From positions 160,001-224,000 of the forward strand of contig OY969927.1 in NCBI GenBank assembly GCA_963704655.1: a stretch of DNA of 64,000 nt. The letters run 5' to 3'. How positions within the stretch are numbered: position 1 is the first letter of the stretch; every line of letters starts with the position of its first letter. The notes beneath the pieces were generated by a model that did no database searches, was not told the DNA's origin, and worked only from the letters and a program-made list of their open reading frames with translations. Below, piece by piece: positions 48,209-57,417 of the stretch. The position numbers and the translations under genes were made by a program. Source of the stretch: an uncultured Candidatus Babeliaceae bacterium. GTDB lineage: Bacteria; Babelota; Babeliae; Babelales; Babelaceae.

Positions 48209-48895
48209 ATGAAGATAGCCGTTGCAGAAAAAGTTCCTTTAGATAAAAATCTGGTAGATAAAGTTAATGTTGCCTGGTTTAAACTTGCAGAATTTGTTGG
48301 GCGCAAAGAAAAAGAACGGGCACTAGGTGTTTATAGGCTCTTGTCCCATTCGTTGCCCGATGATGCTTTTGCAGCACAGCTAGAGGGGGATCTTTTAATG
48401 GCCTTCTATGATGAAAAGGCTGTTGATGCCTATCAAAGGGCTGCACGGTTATATGAAAAAAATGGTCAATTTGATCATGCTGCACTCTTGTATGAGCAGA
48501 TGTTGATGCTTAAACCAGAAAATAGAGAGTTTCTGGTTCAGGCTCTCAGACTCTATGAACTTATAAAAAATGATGTCAAAATCGCCCGATGCGCAAGCCA
48601 ACTTGCACGTCTTTTAATAAAACAGGGCACACTCGATGCCCTTAATGATCTTATGACGGCTTTAAGTTGTAGTAATGGCTATCGCCTGTATGTAGAAGAA
48701 TGGTGCATTGTAGGTTTAATAGAGTTCCAGCCAGAACAGCACGATCTTATACGTGATTATCTTACTCATACGGTACACGCCTTTGAGCACGATTCTGCGT
48801 ATCAAAATCGGTTGACACTCTTTTTTGCCAAACTTGCTGCAGTAAGCGACTATTGGTATCAGGCTGCTTATGCCTTACTTAAAGGTGATAAATAG
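48209..48895 (+). CDS. TPR-like hypothetical protein
   Basis: Helical repeats 'AVDAYQRAARLY...AALLYEQML..P'. Confidence 0.7.
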   Translation: MKIAVAEKVPLDKNLVDKVNVAWFKLAEFVGRKEKERALGVYRLLSHSLPDDAFAAQLEGDLLMAFYDEKAVDAYQRAARLYEKNGQFDHAALLYEQMLMLKPENREFLVQALRLYELIKNDVKIARCASQLARLLIKQGTLDALNDLMTALSCSNGYRLYVEEWCIVGLIEFQPEQHDLIRDYLTHTVHAFEHDSAYQNRLTLFFAKLAAVSDYWYQAAYALLKGDK

Positions 48896-49078
48896 GTTGC
48901 AACTGAGTAATCTTTTGAAAATACGCCAGATTGCTTTGTGTAGCTGGTAATTTGAAAGAGCATAACGTGTATAGGCAGAACACGTAACGGTATACCTACA
49001 AACTCCTGCTATGCCAAATAGCGGCCGCACGAGCCGAGTAAATTCTTTTAGTATCTGGATTGTTAGATTATTAACCAT
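48875..49078 (-). CDS. yidD: Membrane protein insertion efficiency factor YidD
   Basis: CRY..TCSAY...RLLSCN; follows rnpA. Confidence 0.85.
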   Translation of the reverse strand: MVNNLTIQILKEFTRLVRPLFGIAGVCRYTVTCSAYTRYALSNYQLHKAIWRIFKRLLSCNLFITFK

Positions 49079-49406
49079 GTTTCTTGAATAGTTCTAATAA
49101 CGTGGCATGTAATGTTTTATAGTCGAGGATCGATTGAGACGGCCGAAAATAAATTATCCAGTCATTGATTGATTCAAATAGCTTTTCTTGATAGAAAATC
49201 GAGCGTGCTCTTCTTTTAAGCAGATTGCGGTAGGGTGATGAACCGACTTTTTTAGGGGTAATTACAATAATGCGAGCAATGGTGTCTTGCTTTGGCAGAA
49301 TACGGATATCAAACTGTGGCCTACGTAAGATGGGGCGTGCTTGAGCGAGCGCTTTGAGTCGCTCATCCTTTTTCCATAATGAAATGTGACGCCCCAGGCT
49401 AACCAT
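49071..49406 (-). CDS. rnpA: Ribonuclease P protein component
   Basis: KKVGS..RNLLKRRAR; downstream of rpmH. Confidence 0.88.
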   Translation of the reverse strand: MVSLGRHISLWKKDERLKALAQARPILRRPQFDIRILPKQDTIARIIVITPKKVGSSPYRNLLKRRARSIFYQEKLFESINDWIIYFRPSQSILDYKTLHATLLELFKKHG

Positions 49407-49415
49407 AATAGTCTA

Positions 49416-49556
49416 TTAAACGCTAACTGTTAAACGTTTTTTGCCTTTTGAGCGGCGACGATTAACAATTTTGCGACCATCATGAGTTGCCATACGCATT
49501 AAAAAACCATGTTTTCTAGCGCGTTTTTTTCTTTTTGGTTTGTACGTGATTGACAT
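49416..49556 (-). CDS. rpmH: 50S ribosomal protein L34 (not in ORF track)
   Basis: Manual translation [46 protein letters not shown]. Confidence 0.96.
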   Translation of the reverse strand: MSITYKPKRKKRARKHGFLMRMATHDGRKIVNRRRSKGKKRLTVSV

Positions 49557-49650
49557 AATAAAACCTTTGGTGATTCAAAAATAACGTTATCTTTGCTGAT
49601 ATTGATATAGTTTAACGGTAAAATAGCTTTTTTTCAAATTTATACTCCAC

Positions 49651-49908
49651 GTGTCATCCTGAACTTGTTTCAGGATCCATCTCATAAGTAATTCATAATT
49701 ATTTGTTATCCCCCCGCCCATGCCCATCATATCACACCCGTTCATCCTGCCATCCCGCTCACACTGAGCGAAGGCTGTAAGCCGAAGTCGAATGTGTTGG
49801 GAATTGAAAATTGCTATGTCAACGTCGTGTCATGGAGCACTATGTGCTCTATTTTCGGACTTGCCTGTCCGCCATACCCTTGGCGACGGCTGGAATCCGG
49901 AATCCATC
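49651..49908 (+). repeat. Cluster of REP-like elements (B, A-variant, C nested in B)
   Basis: gtgtcatcctgaacttgtttcaggatccatc; cccgctcacactgagcgaaggctgtaagccgaagtcgaatgtgttggg; gtgtcat...gcctgtccgccata...ggaatccatc. Confidence 0.8.
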
Positions 49909-50019
49909 GAATTTGCAATATAGTTTGCAGACCATACTATGGGTGGCGTGGTTGCGGGTATTTTATGGTATGATATCCTAAAAATTATAGGGTAAATAGC
50001 CCATTTTGGGAGGTAAAAC

Positions 50020-51981
50020 ATGAACTTTAGACGTTGTTTTTTAGCATTAGCTTACTTATTGGCTATCAATCTTGAAGCCGTTCCATTAGCTGCGGTTGGC
50101 ACACATATTAAGCGTATTGAACACGCCCCACTTATACTCAGTAATCATGACCTAAGCCATAATTCCCTCCAGGAATCTGTATATGAATTACTCAATAATG
50201 CTGAATCCTCTATCTTAATTTTATCATTTACCTTTTCTGACCCAAAAATTATTCAAATTATTAATCAGAAAGCAAGTGAAGGCATTAAGGTTCAGCTTGT
50301 TATCGACCGTGACCACTTGAGTGAATTCAAGGAGCAATTATACCCCTCAATACAACTTGGTACACGCGCGCAGGGTGAAGGGCACTTGCACCATAAAATC
50401 TTAGTTGTCGATGATGAGTATATCTGGCTAAGTTCAGCCAATTTTACACCCGGTGGTTTTACCACCTCTAAAAATTTAGCGATAGGCTTTGTTAGTAAGA
50501 ACATAGGGACTCAGATTCATCAAGAAGCCTTCGATATCGTCGCATCTAACCAAAGAATCGGTGCTACGCCACTTTCATGCTTATATGGTAATCAGCTTTT
50601 AGAATTATATCTGCTCCCTCATAATGACCCTGAAGCCTCGCGCCCTATAGAAACTAAGATGAATGAATTGGGGAAACAAAAATTAATTAGTTTAATTGAT
50701 AATGCTCAACACCATATCAAAATTTCTGTTGATGCATGGACCTATAAAGATGCCAGCCGAGCTGTTATTAATGCCGTACAACGCGGTGTTCAGGTTGATA
50801 TCGTAGTGGGTGATGTCACCGGTGAAGCCGTGAAGATGATGGCACAGGTTGGAGTTAAAGTAAAACAAGGAAAAAATCTTCACCATAAATTTATGGTGGT
50901 AGATCATACTATATTGTTGAATGGTTCACCAAATTGGAGTATGAATGCATTTTCAAGAAGTGATGAAAGTTTTATTGTTCTTTACGACCTCACGCAAGAG
51001 CAGTTAAAGGCATTAGAGGGCTCTTTAGAAACGGCAGGACTGCCGACTGCGATGCATTTTAATGAGATGGCAGAGTTGATCGATGCAACAAATGCACTTT
51101 CTGACGAAGAAGTGAATAAGAATGTCGCATTTATTAATAGAACAACTGCGGTATTAAATGACGAAATCAATAAAACGCCAACCGGCCAAGAACATCAACG
51201 ACTCATTGCCATTGCCAAAAGACTTTTGACTGATTTAACCAACTTTATATCGCGCATAAAAACTGCGCCAGTTCCTGGATGTTGCTTTTATAACGGCGAC
51301 AATTACCTCTATAATGTAGTTGTTATTGCAGAAAAGCAAGAACGTATTGAAGCTGCACTAAGATACATAAAAAATGTTGGTGGGGTTGATCAAAAAGTTA
51401 CTGACTATTTTCAAAAAACACTACAAAAACTGCAATCTGGAATCAATGTTCCGCTACCAGACTATTTCCATGCTACAAAAGCTGGATTGGAAAGCATTAT
51501 AGCAAGCAAAACTATTTTACAATCAAAAACGGGTTTTACCGGTCCTGGGACATATATTTCATGTAATAATGAAGGGGATCATGGTTATGGTAGTTACACA
51601 TTTGCAATTGATGAAGGTTGTTTGGTGGATACAAAGGGCACCTTTCGTACAGGAAGACATCCGGTAACTAATGTCTTTTTTAGTCTATGGGCTTCAATAC
51701 TAAATGATATCCCCGTTAGTGAAGATAATATTGCTTTCATTGATACATCGGCAGATGATATTTCGCATGTGAAAGCACTTCTTGAAAAACAAAATTTAAA
51801 CATTGAGGTTGTGTCTCGAGATACAGCTGAAGGTATTTTAAAGATTTTTGATGTGACGACAAACAGACGCGAATTACCCTCATTTCTTTGGGATAAGTTC
51901 GACTCCCAAGATTATCTTCCACAAAATATGTATCCGCGTAGCCAGCAAGGTTCGTTTCGACAGTTTATGTTTAGCGCCTAA
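50020..51981 (+). CDS. Exported PLD-superfamily protein (two HKD) with ART-like C-terminal domain
   Basis: HHKILVVD..SSANFT, HHKFMVVD..GSPNWS; C-terminal YFHAT..G.TGPGTYIS; RBS GGAGG. Confidence 0.8.
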   Translation: MNFRRCFLALAYLLAINLEAVPLAAVGTHIKRIEHAPLILSNHDLSHNSLQESVYELLNNAESSILILSFTFSDPKIIQIINQKASEGIKVQLVIDRDHLSEFKEQLYPSIQLGTRAQGEGHLHHKILVVDDEYIWLSSANFTPGGFTTSKNLAIGFVSKNIGTQIHQEAFDIVASNQRIGATPLSCLYGNQLLELYLLPHNDPEASRPIETKMNELGKQKLISLIDNAQHHIKISVDAWTYKDASRAVINAVQRGVQVDIVVGDVTGEAVKMMAQVGVKVKQGKNLHHKFMVVDHTILLNGSPNWSMNAFSRSDESFIVLYDLTQEQLKALEGSLETAGLPTAMHFNEMAELIDATNALSDEEVNKNVAFINRTTAVLNDEINKTPTGQEHQRLIAIAKRLLTDLTNFISRIKTAPVPGCCFYNGDNYLYNVVVIAEKQERIEAALRYIKNVGGVDQKVTDYFQKTLQKLQSGINVPLPDYFHATKAGLESIIASKTILQSKTGFTGPGTYISCNNEGDHGYGSYTFAIDEGCLVDTKGTFRTGRHPVTNVFFSLWASILNDIPVSEDNIAFIDTSADDISHVKALLEKQNLNIEVVSRDTAEGILKIFDVTTNRRELPSFLWDKFDSQDYLPQNMYPRSQQGSFRQFMFSA

Positions 51982-51995
51982 AATAATAAAAAACT

Positions 51996-52940
51996 TTATA
52001 AGCAACTTAAATACCTTTCTGCGTCAAGTGCGGCCATGCAGCCAGAACCGGCAGAGGTAATCGCCTGGCGGTAGCGACTATCCACCACATCACCCGCAGC
52101 AAAAACGCCAGGAACGGAGGTTTGGGTATTCTGTTTTTGAACAATATGGCCATAGGGTGTAAGTTCAAGTTGTTCTTTAAATATGGCTGTGTTTGGAGTA
52201 AGTCCAATTGCAAGAAATGCTGCATCTGCAGGGGTTTCTATGCGTTTTCCAGAAATTTTATCTTCATAGGCAACATGGGTTAAATGTGTCCCGTTACCTA
52301 AAAATTCTTTTACCAGGGCAGAATAGATAATTTTTACTTTAGGGTTACTAAGCACGCGCTGCTGCATTGGGGCGGAAGCACTCAGTTTTTCTGAAATTTG
52401 TATGATAGTTACTTGGTCAGTAAAATGGGTCATAAAAGAAGCGTCTTCCATAGCAGTGTCGCCACCACCAATAATAACCACTTTTTTGTCTTTGTATAAA
52501 GCCCCGTCACATACTGCACAGGTGGAAACACCTTTTGCCCAATATTCCTGCTCGCCCGGGCAATTAAGCCTTTTTGGATTAGCGCCGGTAGAGACAATAA
52601 TCGCATCGGCAGTAAGGTGCTTATTTTTAGACGTTGTTATTTTAAAAGGCTTCTGTGAAAAATCTACAGCAGTAACCATTTCTAAAATAAACTTACTGCC
52701 CATCTGCTGCGCATGTTTGCGCATGTTCATCATAAGCTTCGGGCCCATTATAGAAATCTCGCCTGGCCAGTTTTCAACGGCAGTGGTACTCATTAATTGC
52801 CCACCGGGGTTATTCCCCTCAATAACAAGCGGGTTAAGCTGTGCCCTGCCGGTATAAATTGCTGCAGTAAGTGCAGCAGGGCCCGAGCCAATAATAATTA
52901 CTTTATAATGTGTTGTCGGTGATTTTGCTGAAATTTCCAT
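51996..52940 (-). CDS. trxB: Thioredoxin reductase
   Basis: IIGSGPA, GGQL, CAVCDG, GGGDTAMED, FAAGDV, YRQAITSAG. Confidence 0.97.
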   Translation of the reverse strand: MEISAKSPTTHYKVIIIGSGPAALTAAIYTGRAQLNPLVIEGNNPGGQLMSTTAVENWPGEISIMGPKLMMNMRKHAQQMGSKFILEMVTAVDFSQKPFKITTSKNKHLTADAIIVSTGANPKRLNCPGEQEYWAKGVSTCAVCDGALYKDKKVVIIGGGDTAMEDASFMTHFTDQVTIIQISEKLSASAPMQQRVLSNPKVKIIYSALVKEFLGNGTHLTHVAYEDKISGKRIETPADAAFLAIGLTPNTAIFKEQLELTPYGHIVQKQNTQTSVPGVFAAGDVVDSRYRQAITSAGSGCMAALDAERYLSCL

Positions 52941-52946
52941 AATATT

Positions 52947-54287
52947 TTAAGATTTTTTTGTTAAATAATACAGTACGTAGTTAAGTGTTTTTTCTCGTTG
53001 GCATGAGCGCCTGATCTCTTCATGACACAGAGCTATCTCTTGGTCATTTACGCGACTATGCGGAATATCAAAATAGATAAACTCTTTGGTGCGCGGCCGT
53101 TTAAACAGATGGAGATAGTTTATCATATCTTCGTCACTTGCCTGAATATTTTCTTGGTATGCTATGCTGTCAATAAAGAGTATCTCTTTAATTTGCTTTT
53201 CTGCAAGCAGTGCAACTTTTTCTTTAAAATCATGCTGATTTTTATAGACATGGTAATCAGGATTTTCCTGAACACGCGCAAGTACTACTTTTTCTTGTTG
53301 TTCGATGATATCAGAGTCGACCATTATGGGAAAGTGGTGGAAAAGAAGCCTAAAGATCCTTTCAACCGTTTCTCTGCGTTGTGAGATATCATGGCGAAAT
53401 GAAAAAACTTCAATAAGTTTTTGATGAGTTTCTTTTGCTGTTTTAAGTCTAAAATGTGTTTTAAATCTATCGATATCAAAAAAATTTGATGGGACATGAT
53501 ATAAAATAGTAACTTCAAAGAGATAATGCGTCGTGAAATCATCACTGACAGAGTCTTGGAAAAAATCATTATCGGTGATAAAAGTATCGCCAACCTTTTT
53601 TCCTAAAAAGAGCTCTTGAGCCTGCTGATCTGCCTCTTCTTCGCCGATTTTTATCCATACACGTTGTTCAAGTGGAGCAAGAATATATTTCTTTTCTTGG
53701 TCAACAAGTTTAATACTTAAGCACACCCAATCATGAAACGTTATGCCGTCAATCGCGGACGAATCGCCCTTTTTTGCAGCATTTTTATTATCTTTTTGTT
53801 TTCGTTCTTCTTCTTTTAAAAAAAAATCAACTTGGCGGTCTAAATCCTTATAATTTTTTCTGCCGGGAGCTTTGAAATGTAATTTTTTCCATTCACTTTT
53901 TATAGGGTTTGGGAACGTGCTCACTGAAAAAATAAACTGCGCAGGCTTTTCTGGGTCGATAAGTGCTTGGCGTGGAAGTGGTGCGCTGAGTGTTATAATT
54001 TTATGTTCAGCAATTCCCTTTTGAAGCATAGCGCTGACGCAATGACGGAAAAAAAACTGTTTTAAATGATCAATTAAAAGGGGCTTATAGGTATTTGCAA
54101 TATAACTTTCTGGCGTTGCACCTTGTGCAAAACCATAGGTATGAATATCCTGCTTTATGCTGGTAAGTGCCTGATGGTACATTACTGTCACAGGCTCACT
54201 GGGAATTTGTACATGTAATAAAAGTTGATGCGGCGACTCGGGTTGCTGATTCAAGCTAAAGTAGACATTCGTTTCACAATTGACCAT
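52947..54287 (-). CDS. tig: Trigger factor, divergent
   Basis: GFAQG..P (degenerate GFRxGxxP), FKBP-like 'LFLGKKVGD', about 440 aa, tRNA-Leu directly upstream. Confidence 0.7.
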   Translation of the reverse strand: MVNCETNVYFSLNQQPESPHQLLLHVQIPSEPVTVMYHQALTSIKQDIHTYGFAQGATPESYIANTYKPLLIDHLKQFFFRHCVSAMLQKGIAEHKIITLSAPLPRQALIDPEKPAQFIFSVSTFPNPIKSEWKKLHFKAPGRKNYKDLDRQVDFFLKEEERKQKDNKNAAKKGDSSAIDGITFHDWVCLSIKLVDQEKKYILAPLEQRVWIKIGEEEADQQAQELFLGKKVGDTFITDNDFFQDSVSDDFTTHYLFEVTILYHVPSNFFDIDRFKTHFRLKTAKETHQKLIEVFSFRHDISQRRETVERIFRLLFHHFPIMVDSDIIEQQEKVVLARVQENPDYHVYKNQHDFKEKVALLAEKQIKEILFIDSIAYQENIQASDEDMINYLHLFKRPRTKEFIYFDIPHSRVNDQEIALCHEEIRRSCQREKTLNYVLYYLTKKS

Positions 54288-54396
54288 ATGTTATCTCCTT
54301 TTAAGTAACCTGATCTTAATTGCCTGCCCTTAAATTTGCAAGAGATCCTGTCCTACGAAGCTTTAGCGTAGTAGGAAGGCCCGGATAGGCGTAAGA

Positions 54397-54481
54397 TGGT
54401 GCAAGAGAAGGGACTCGAACCCCCACCTCTTTCGAGACTGGATCCTAAATCCAGCGCGTCTGCCAGTTTCGCCACTCTTGC
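54397..54481 (-). tRNA. tRNA-Leu(TAG)
   Basis: Reverse complement gcaagagtggcgaaactggcagacgcgctggatttaggatccag...gttcgagtcccttctcttgcacca; long variable arm. Confidence 0.96.
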
Positions 54482-54552
54482 ACTTGTAAAACTCTACTTT
54501 AGCATAAAAATATTTTAATTTAAAGCTTCAAAGCGATATTTTGAAAATATTT

Positions 54553-55140
54553 TTATAACGCTTTAATTTCAGCTTCTTTTTTACCTGAAAGTGTTTCTGC
54601 TTGTGCAGTTACTTTATCGGTAACTTTTTGCAAAAGATCTTGAAGGCGCTTGCTATAATCTTCAGAAATTTTCTTATCTTTCTCGGTGTCGCGAATTGCC
54701 GTATGCACATCTTTACGCACATTACGTAATGCAATTTTGCACTCTTCAAGGCGTTTGCCAAGTATCTTAGAAAGTTCTTCACGTCTACTGCTGCTCATTT
54801 TAGGAAGCACAATACGTATAATGGGCCCATCAGTTTGGGGTGTGACCCCTAAATCTGAGGTTGTAATAGCTTTTTCAATTTCAGGAATAATAGTTTTATC
54901 CCAGGGCTGAACAATTAAAAGTTGCGCATCAGGAGCCGAAATTGCAGCTGTTTCTTTAAGCGGCATCATGGTTCCGTAGGCACTTACTTTCAAGTCTTCA
55001 ATCATTGAAGGATGTGCTCGGCCCGTACGGATTTTTTGCAACTCTTTTTCAAAATGCTGAATATGCTTTTGCATGTCAGATTCGACAGCTGTCTCAAATG
55101 GTTTAGTACTAGCGCCTTCAGTAAACGTATAGTTTGCCAT
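54553..55140 (-). CDS. frr: Ribosome recycling factor
   Basis: IRTGRA, QPWD, SDLGVTP, RNVRKD. Confidence 0.96.
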   Translation of the reverse strand: MANYTFTEGASTKPFETAVESDMQKHIQHFEKELQKIRTGRAHPSMIEDLKVSAYGTMMPLKETAAISAPDAQLLIVQPWDKTIIPEIEKAITTSDLGVTPQTDGPIIRIVLPKMSSSRREELSKILGKRLEECKIALRNVRKDVHTAIRDTEKDKKISEDYSKRLQDLLQKVTDKVTAQAETLSGKKEAEIKAL

Positions 55141-55161
55141 AGTAGATCCTTTTATTCGTTG

Positions 55162-55758
55162 TTATGCACCGATTTCAAAACGAGCAAAACGTGTGATTTT
55201 AATACTTTCACCCATTTTTGCAATTAAATCTTTTAACAGATCGTCAACGGTTATCTGATCATTTTTAACAAATTTTTGGTTCATAAGGCAAATATCGGCA
55301 CAAGCTTTTTGAATTTTGCCTTCAACAATTTGGTCAACCATCTTTTCTGGCTTGCCTTGTTCGATGAGTTGCTCTCTAAAGAACTTACGTTCTTTTTCAA
55401 GATACGCTGCATCCACTTGGTCCGCTGAAACGTATAATGGTTTTATAGCAGCAATATGCATACAAATATCTTGAGCGAACTGCTTAATCTCTGCAGTACG
55501 GGCAACGAAATCCGTTTCGCAGTTGATTTCAATCATAACGCCGATTTGTGCGCCTGGGTGAATATATGCGTGGACTAGGCCTTCAGCAGTGGCATTGCCA
55601 GAGCGTTTTGCAGCAACAGCAGCACCTTTTTTGCGTAAAAGTTCAACTGCCTTGTCCATGTCGCCTTCGGCTTCGATAAGCGCTTTCTTGCAGTCCATCA
55701 TACCGACGCCGCTGATGTCACGTAATTTTTGGATTAAATCTAAACTAACTTTTGTCAT
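55162..55758 (-). CDS. tsf: Elongation factor Ts (short type)
   Basis: GMMDCKKAL, LRKKG, EINCETDFVA, FARFEIG. Confidence 0.97.
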   Translation of the reverse strand: MTKVSLDLIQKLRDISGVGMMDCKKALIEAEGDMDKAVELLRKKGAAVAAKRSGNATAEGLVHAYIHPGAQIGVMIEINCETDFVARTAEIKQFAQDICMHIAAIKPLYVSADQVDAAYLEKERKFFREQLIEQGKPEKMVDQIVEGKIQKACADICLMNQKFVKNDQITVDDLLKDLIAKMGESIKITRFARFEIGA

Positions 55759-55884
55759 ATGGTTATCCTAAAATAAGGGGTTATACTGTTAGTGTGCCAA
55801 AAAATAGGCTTTTGATCTAGACAGAATTTTTATTTTTGGTACTATTTATAAATAAAGAGTTAATAATGCTAAAATATATTCTGA

Positions 55885-55918
55885 CCCGCTCATCCTGAGC
55901 TTGTCGAAGGGTTGGCGG
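55885..55918 (+). repeat. REP-like element, family A
   Basis: cccgctcatcctgagcttgtcgaagggttggcgg. Confidence 0.88.
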
Positions 55919-55991
55919 CATATATTAATCAAATTTTAGTATAATTTTAGAGTATTTTTAAAAAAAAGTTTATTTAAAAGGCACTTTCTTT

Positions 55992-56321
55992 ATGAAACAA
56001 GAAGCAGTTTTTAGCCGCTATGCGATTTTTCAAACCGGCGGCAAGCAGTATCAAGCGCTTGAAGGCAAGACCATTGCTATTGAAAAATTAGATGTTAAAG
56101 CAGGTGATTCAGTTCAATTTGATGATGTTTTATTGATCAAAAAGGCTGATGGCGATGTTAAAATCGGCCAACCTTTTCTTTCTACCCCTGTAACGGCGAC
56201 TATCGTTAAACACATGAAAGGACCTAAATTGGTCGTTTTCAAGTTTAAACGTCGTAAAAAATCACGCGTTAAACGTGGCCATCGTCAACCGATGACCATC
56301 GTTCGCATCGAATCTTTCTAA
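55992..56321 (+). CDS. rplU: 50S ribosomal protein L21
   Basis: YAIFQTGGKQY, IGQP, FKFKRRK...GHRQ. Confidence 0.96.
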   Translation: MKQEAVFSRYAIFQTGGKQYQALEGKTIAIEKLDVKAGDSVQFDDVLLIKKADGDVKIGQPFLSTPVTATIVKHMKGPKLVVFKFKRRKKSRVKRGHRQPMTIVRIESF

Positions 56322-56345
56322 GCTTTTATACAAAGTTTAAAAACG

Positions 56346-56375
56346 AAAAACCGGCCCAAAAAGCCGGTTTTTTTT
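56346..56375 (+). terminator. rplU terminator
   Basis: aaaaaccggc...gccggtttttt. Confidence 0.85.
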
Positions 56376-56539
56376 ATTATAAAGTCTTGCGATTTGCCTT
56401 ATTTATTTGCTAATATGTAATTATATAGTTAATGTAATACTTTTACGCTACTTAACTTAAACTTAAGCTCAGATATTCGCATTGGTAGCGATTTACATGC
56501 AAAGACTTCTGTACTTTAATACTTTATCTAAAATCTTTT

Positions 56540-56574
56540 AAAAAAAATACCGGACGCAAATCCGGTATTTTTTT
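56540..56574. terminator. Bidirectional terminator
   Basis: aaaaaaataccgga...tccggtattttttt. Confidence 0.85.
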
Positions 56575-56596
56575 ATAGTTTTTTATCGTTATGTGC

Positions 56597-57259
56597 TTAT
56601 TTTGAACCGTATATCCACCACAAAAGCGCGCCTGTACTTATGCCGACAATGGTCGCTAAAGCAGTTTTAGGGTAGCGTTGAATAATATTTCCCTGAGGTT
56701 GCTTATCTGCTGGAACTTCAAGTTTCATTTCATATATAATATCTTGTGAAAACGCACTAATTGGTGTAAAGCCCTCTTTTTGATATAATTTTTGAGCAGT
56801 AAGATTTGATCTTTTAGTGTTAAGCATGATAGAAGAAGGGTAGCACGCTTTCATTTTTTCCAGCGCATGTTGAAGTAAAAGACGGCCAAGACCTTGGTGC
56901 TGATAGTTTGTATCAATGCCCAAAAGGTGCAAAAGTCCCATGCGGCCAAAATCGAACGTAAGAATATTCATATCAAAAATTTTATAATTAACAAAACCAA
57001 CAGTAACGTTGTTTACGCGAATTACTTCTGTAATATAGATGTCTAAATACTTTTCTGTATAGTCTTGTCCGTATCCTAATGATGCATGATCAAGCTCCTG
57101 TGGATAATCTTTGATAATTTTTACAATAGCCTCTTTATCCCGCTCTGCTTGATAGGGTTCGATGGAGATATGATTATCTTGCGCATAGAGCACACTGCTG
57201 ATACAAATCACCAACAGGGTGAAAATATTCTTAACGAAATTCATATAAAGCCTTTGCAT
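56597..57259 (-). CDS. GNAT N-acetyltransferase with signal peptide and C-terminal TM
   Basis: YQHQGLGRLLL, N..AQKLYQKEGF; hydrophobic segments at both ends; start may be 57244. Confidence 0.85.
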   Translation of the reverse strand: MQRLYMNFVKNIFTLLVICISSVLYAQDNHISIEPYQAERDKEAIVKIIKDYPQELDHASLGYGQDYTEKYLDIYITEVIRVNNVTVGFVNYKIFDMNILTFDFGRMGLLHLLGIDTNYQHQGLGRLLLQHALEKMKACYPSSIMLNTKRSNLTAQKLYQKEGFTPISAFSQDIIYEMKLEVPADKQPQGNIIQRYPKTALATIVGISTGALLWWIYGSK

Positions 57260-57417
57260 TAAAAATGAGGTATTATAGATAATTACTTTATGTATTATAC
57301 CATGAATGCCTATTTTAAAAAGACCTGTCCTTAATACCTCTATTTTTATATATTATACTTGAATTTTTAAACCGGCGCGATGTATGCTATAAATATAATG
57401 TCTGCATAGGAGGTTTT

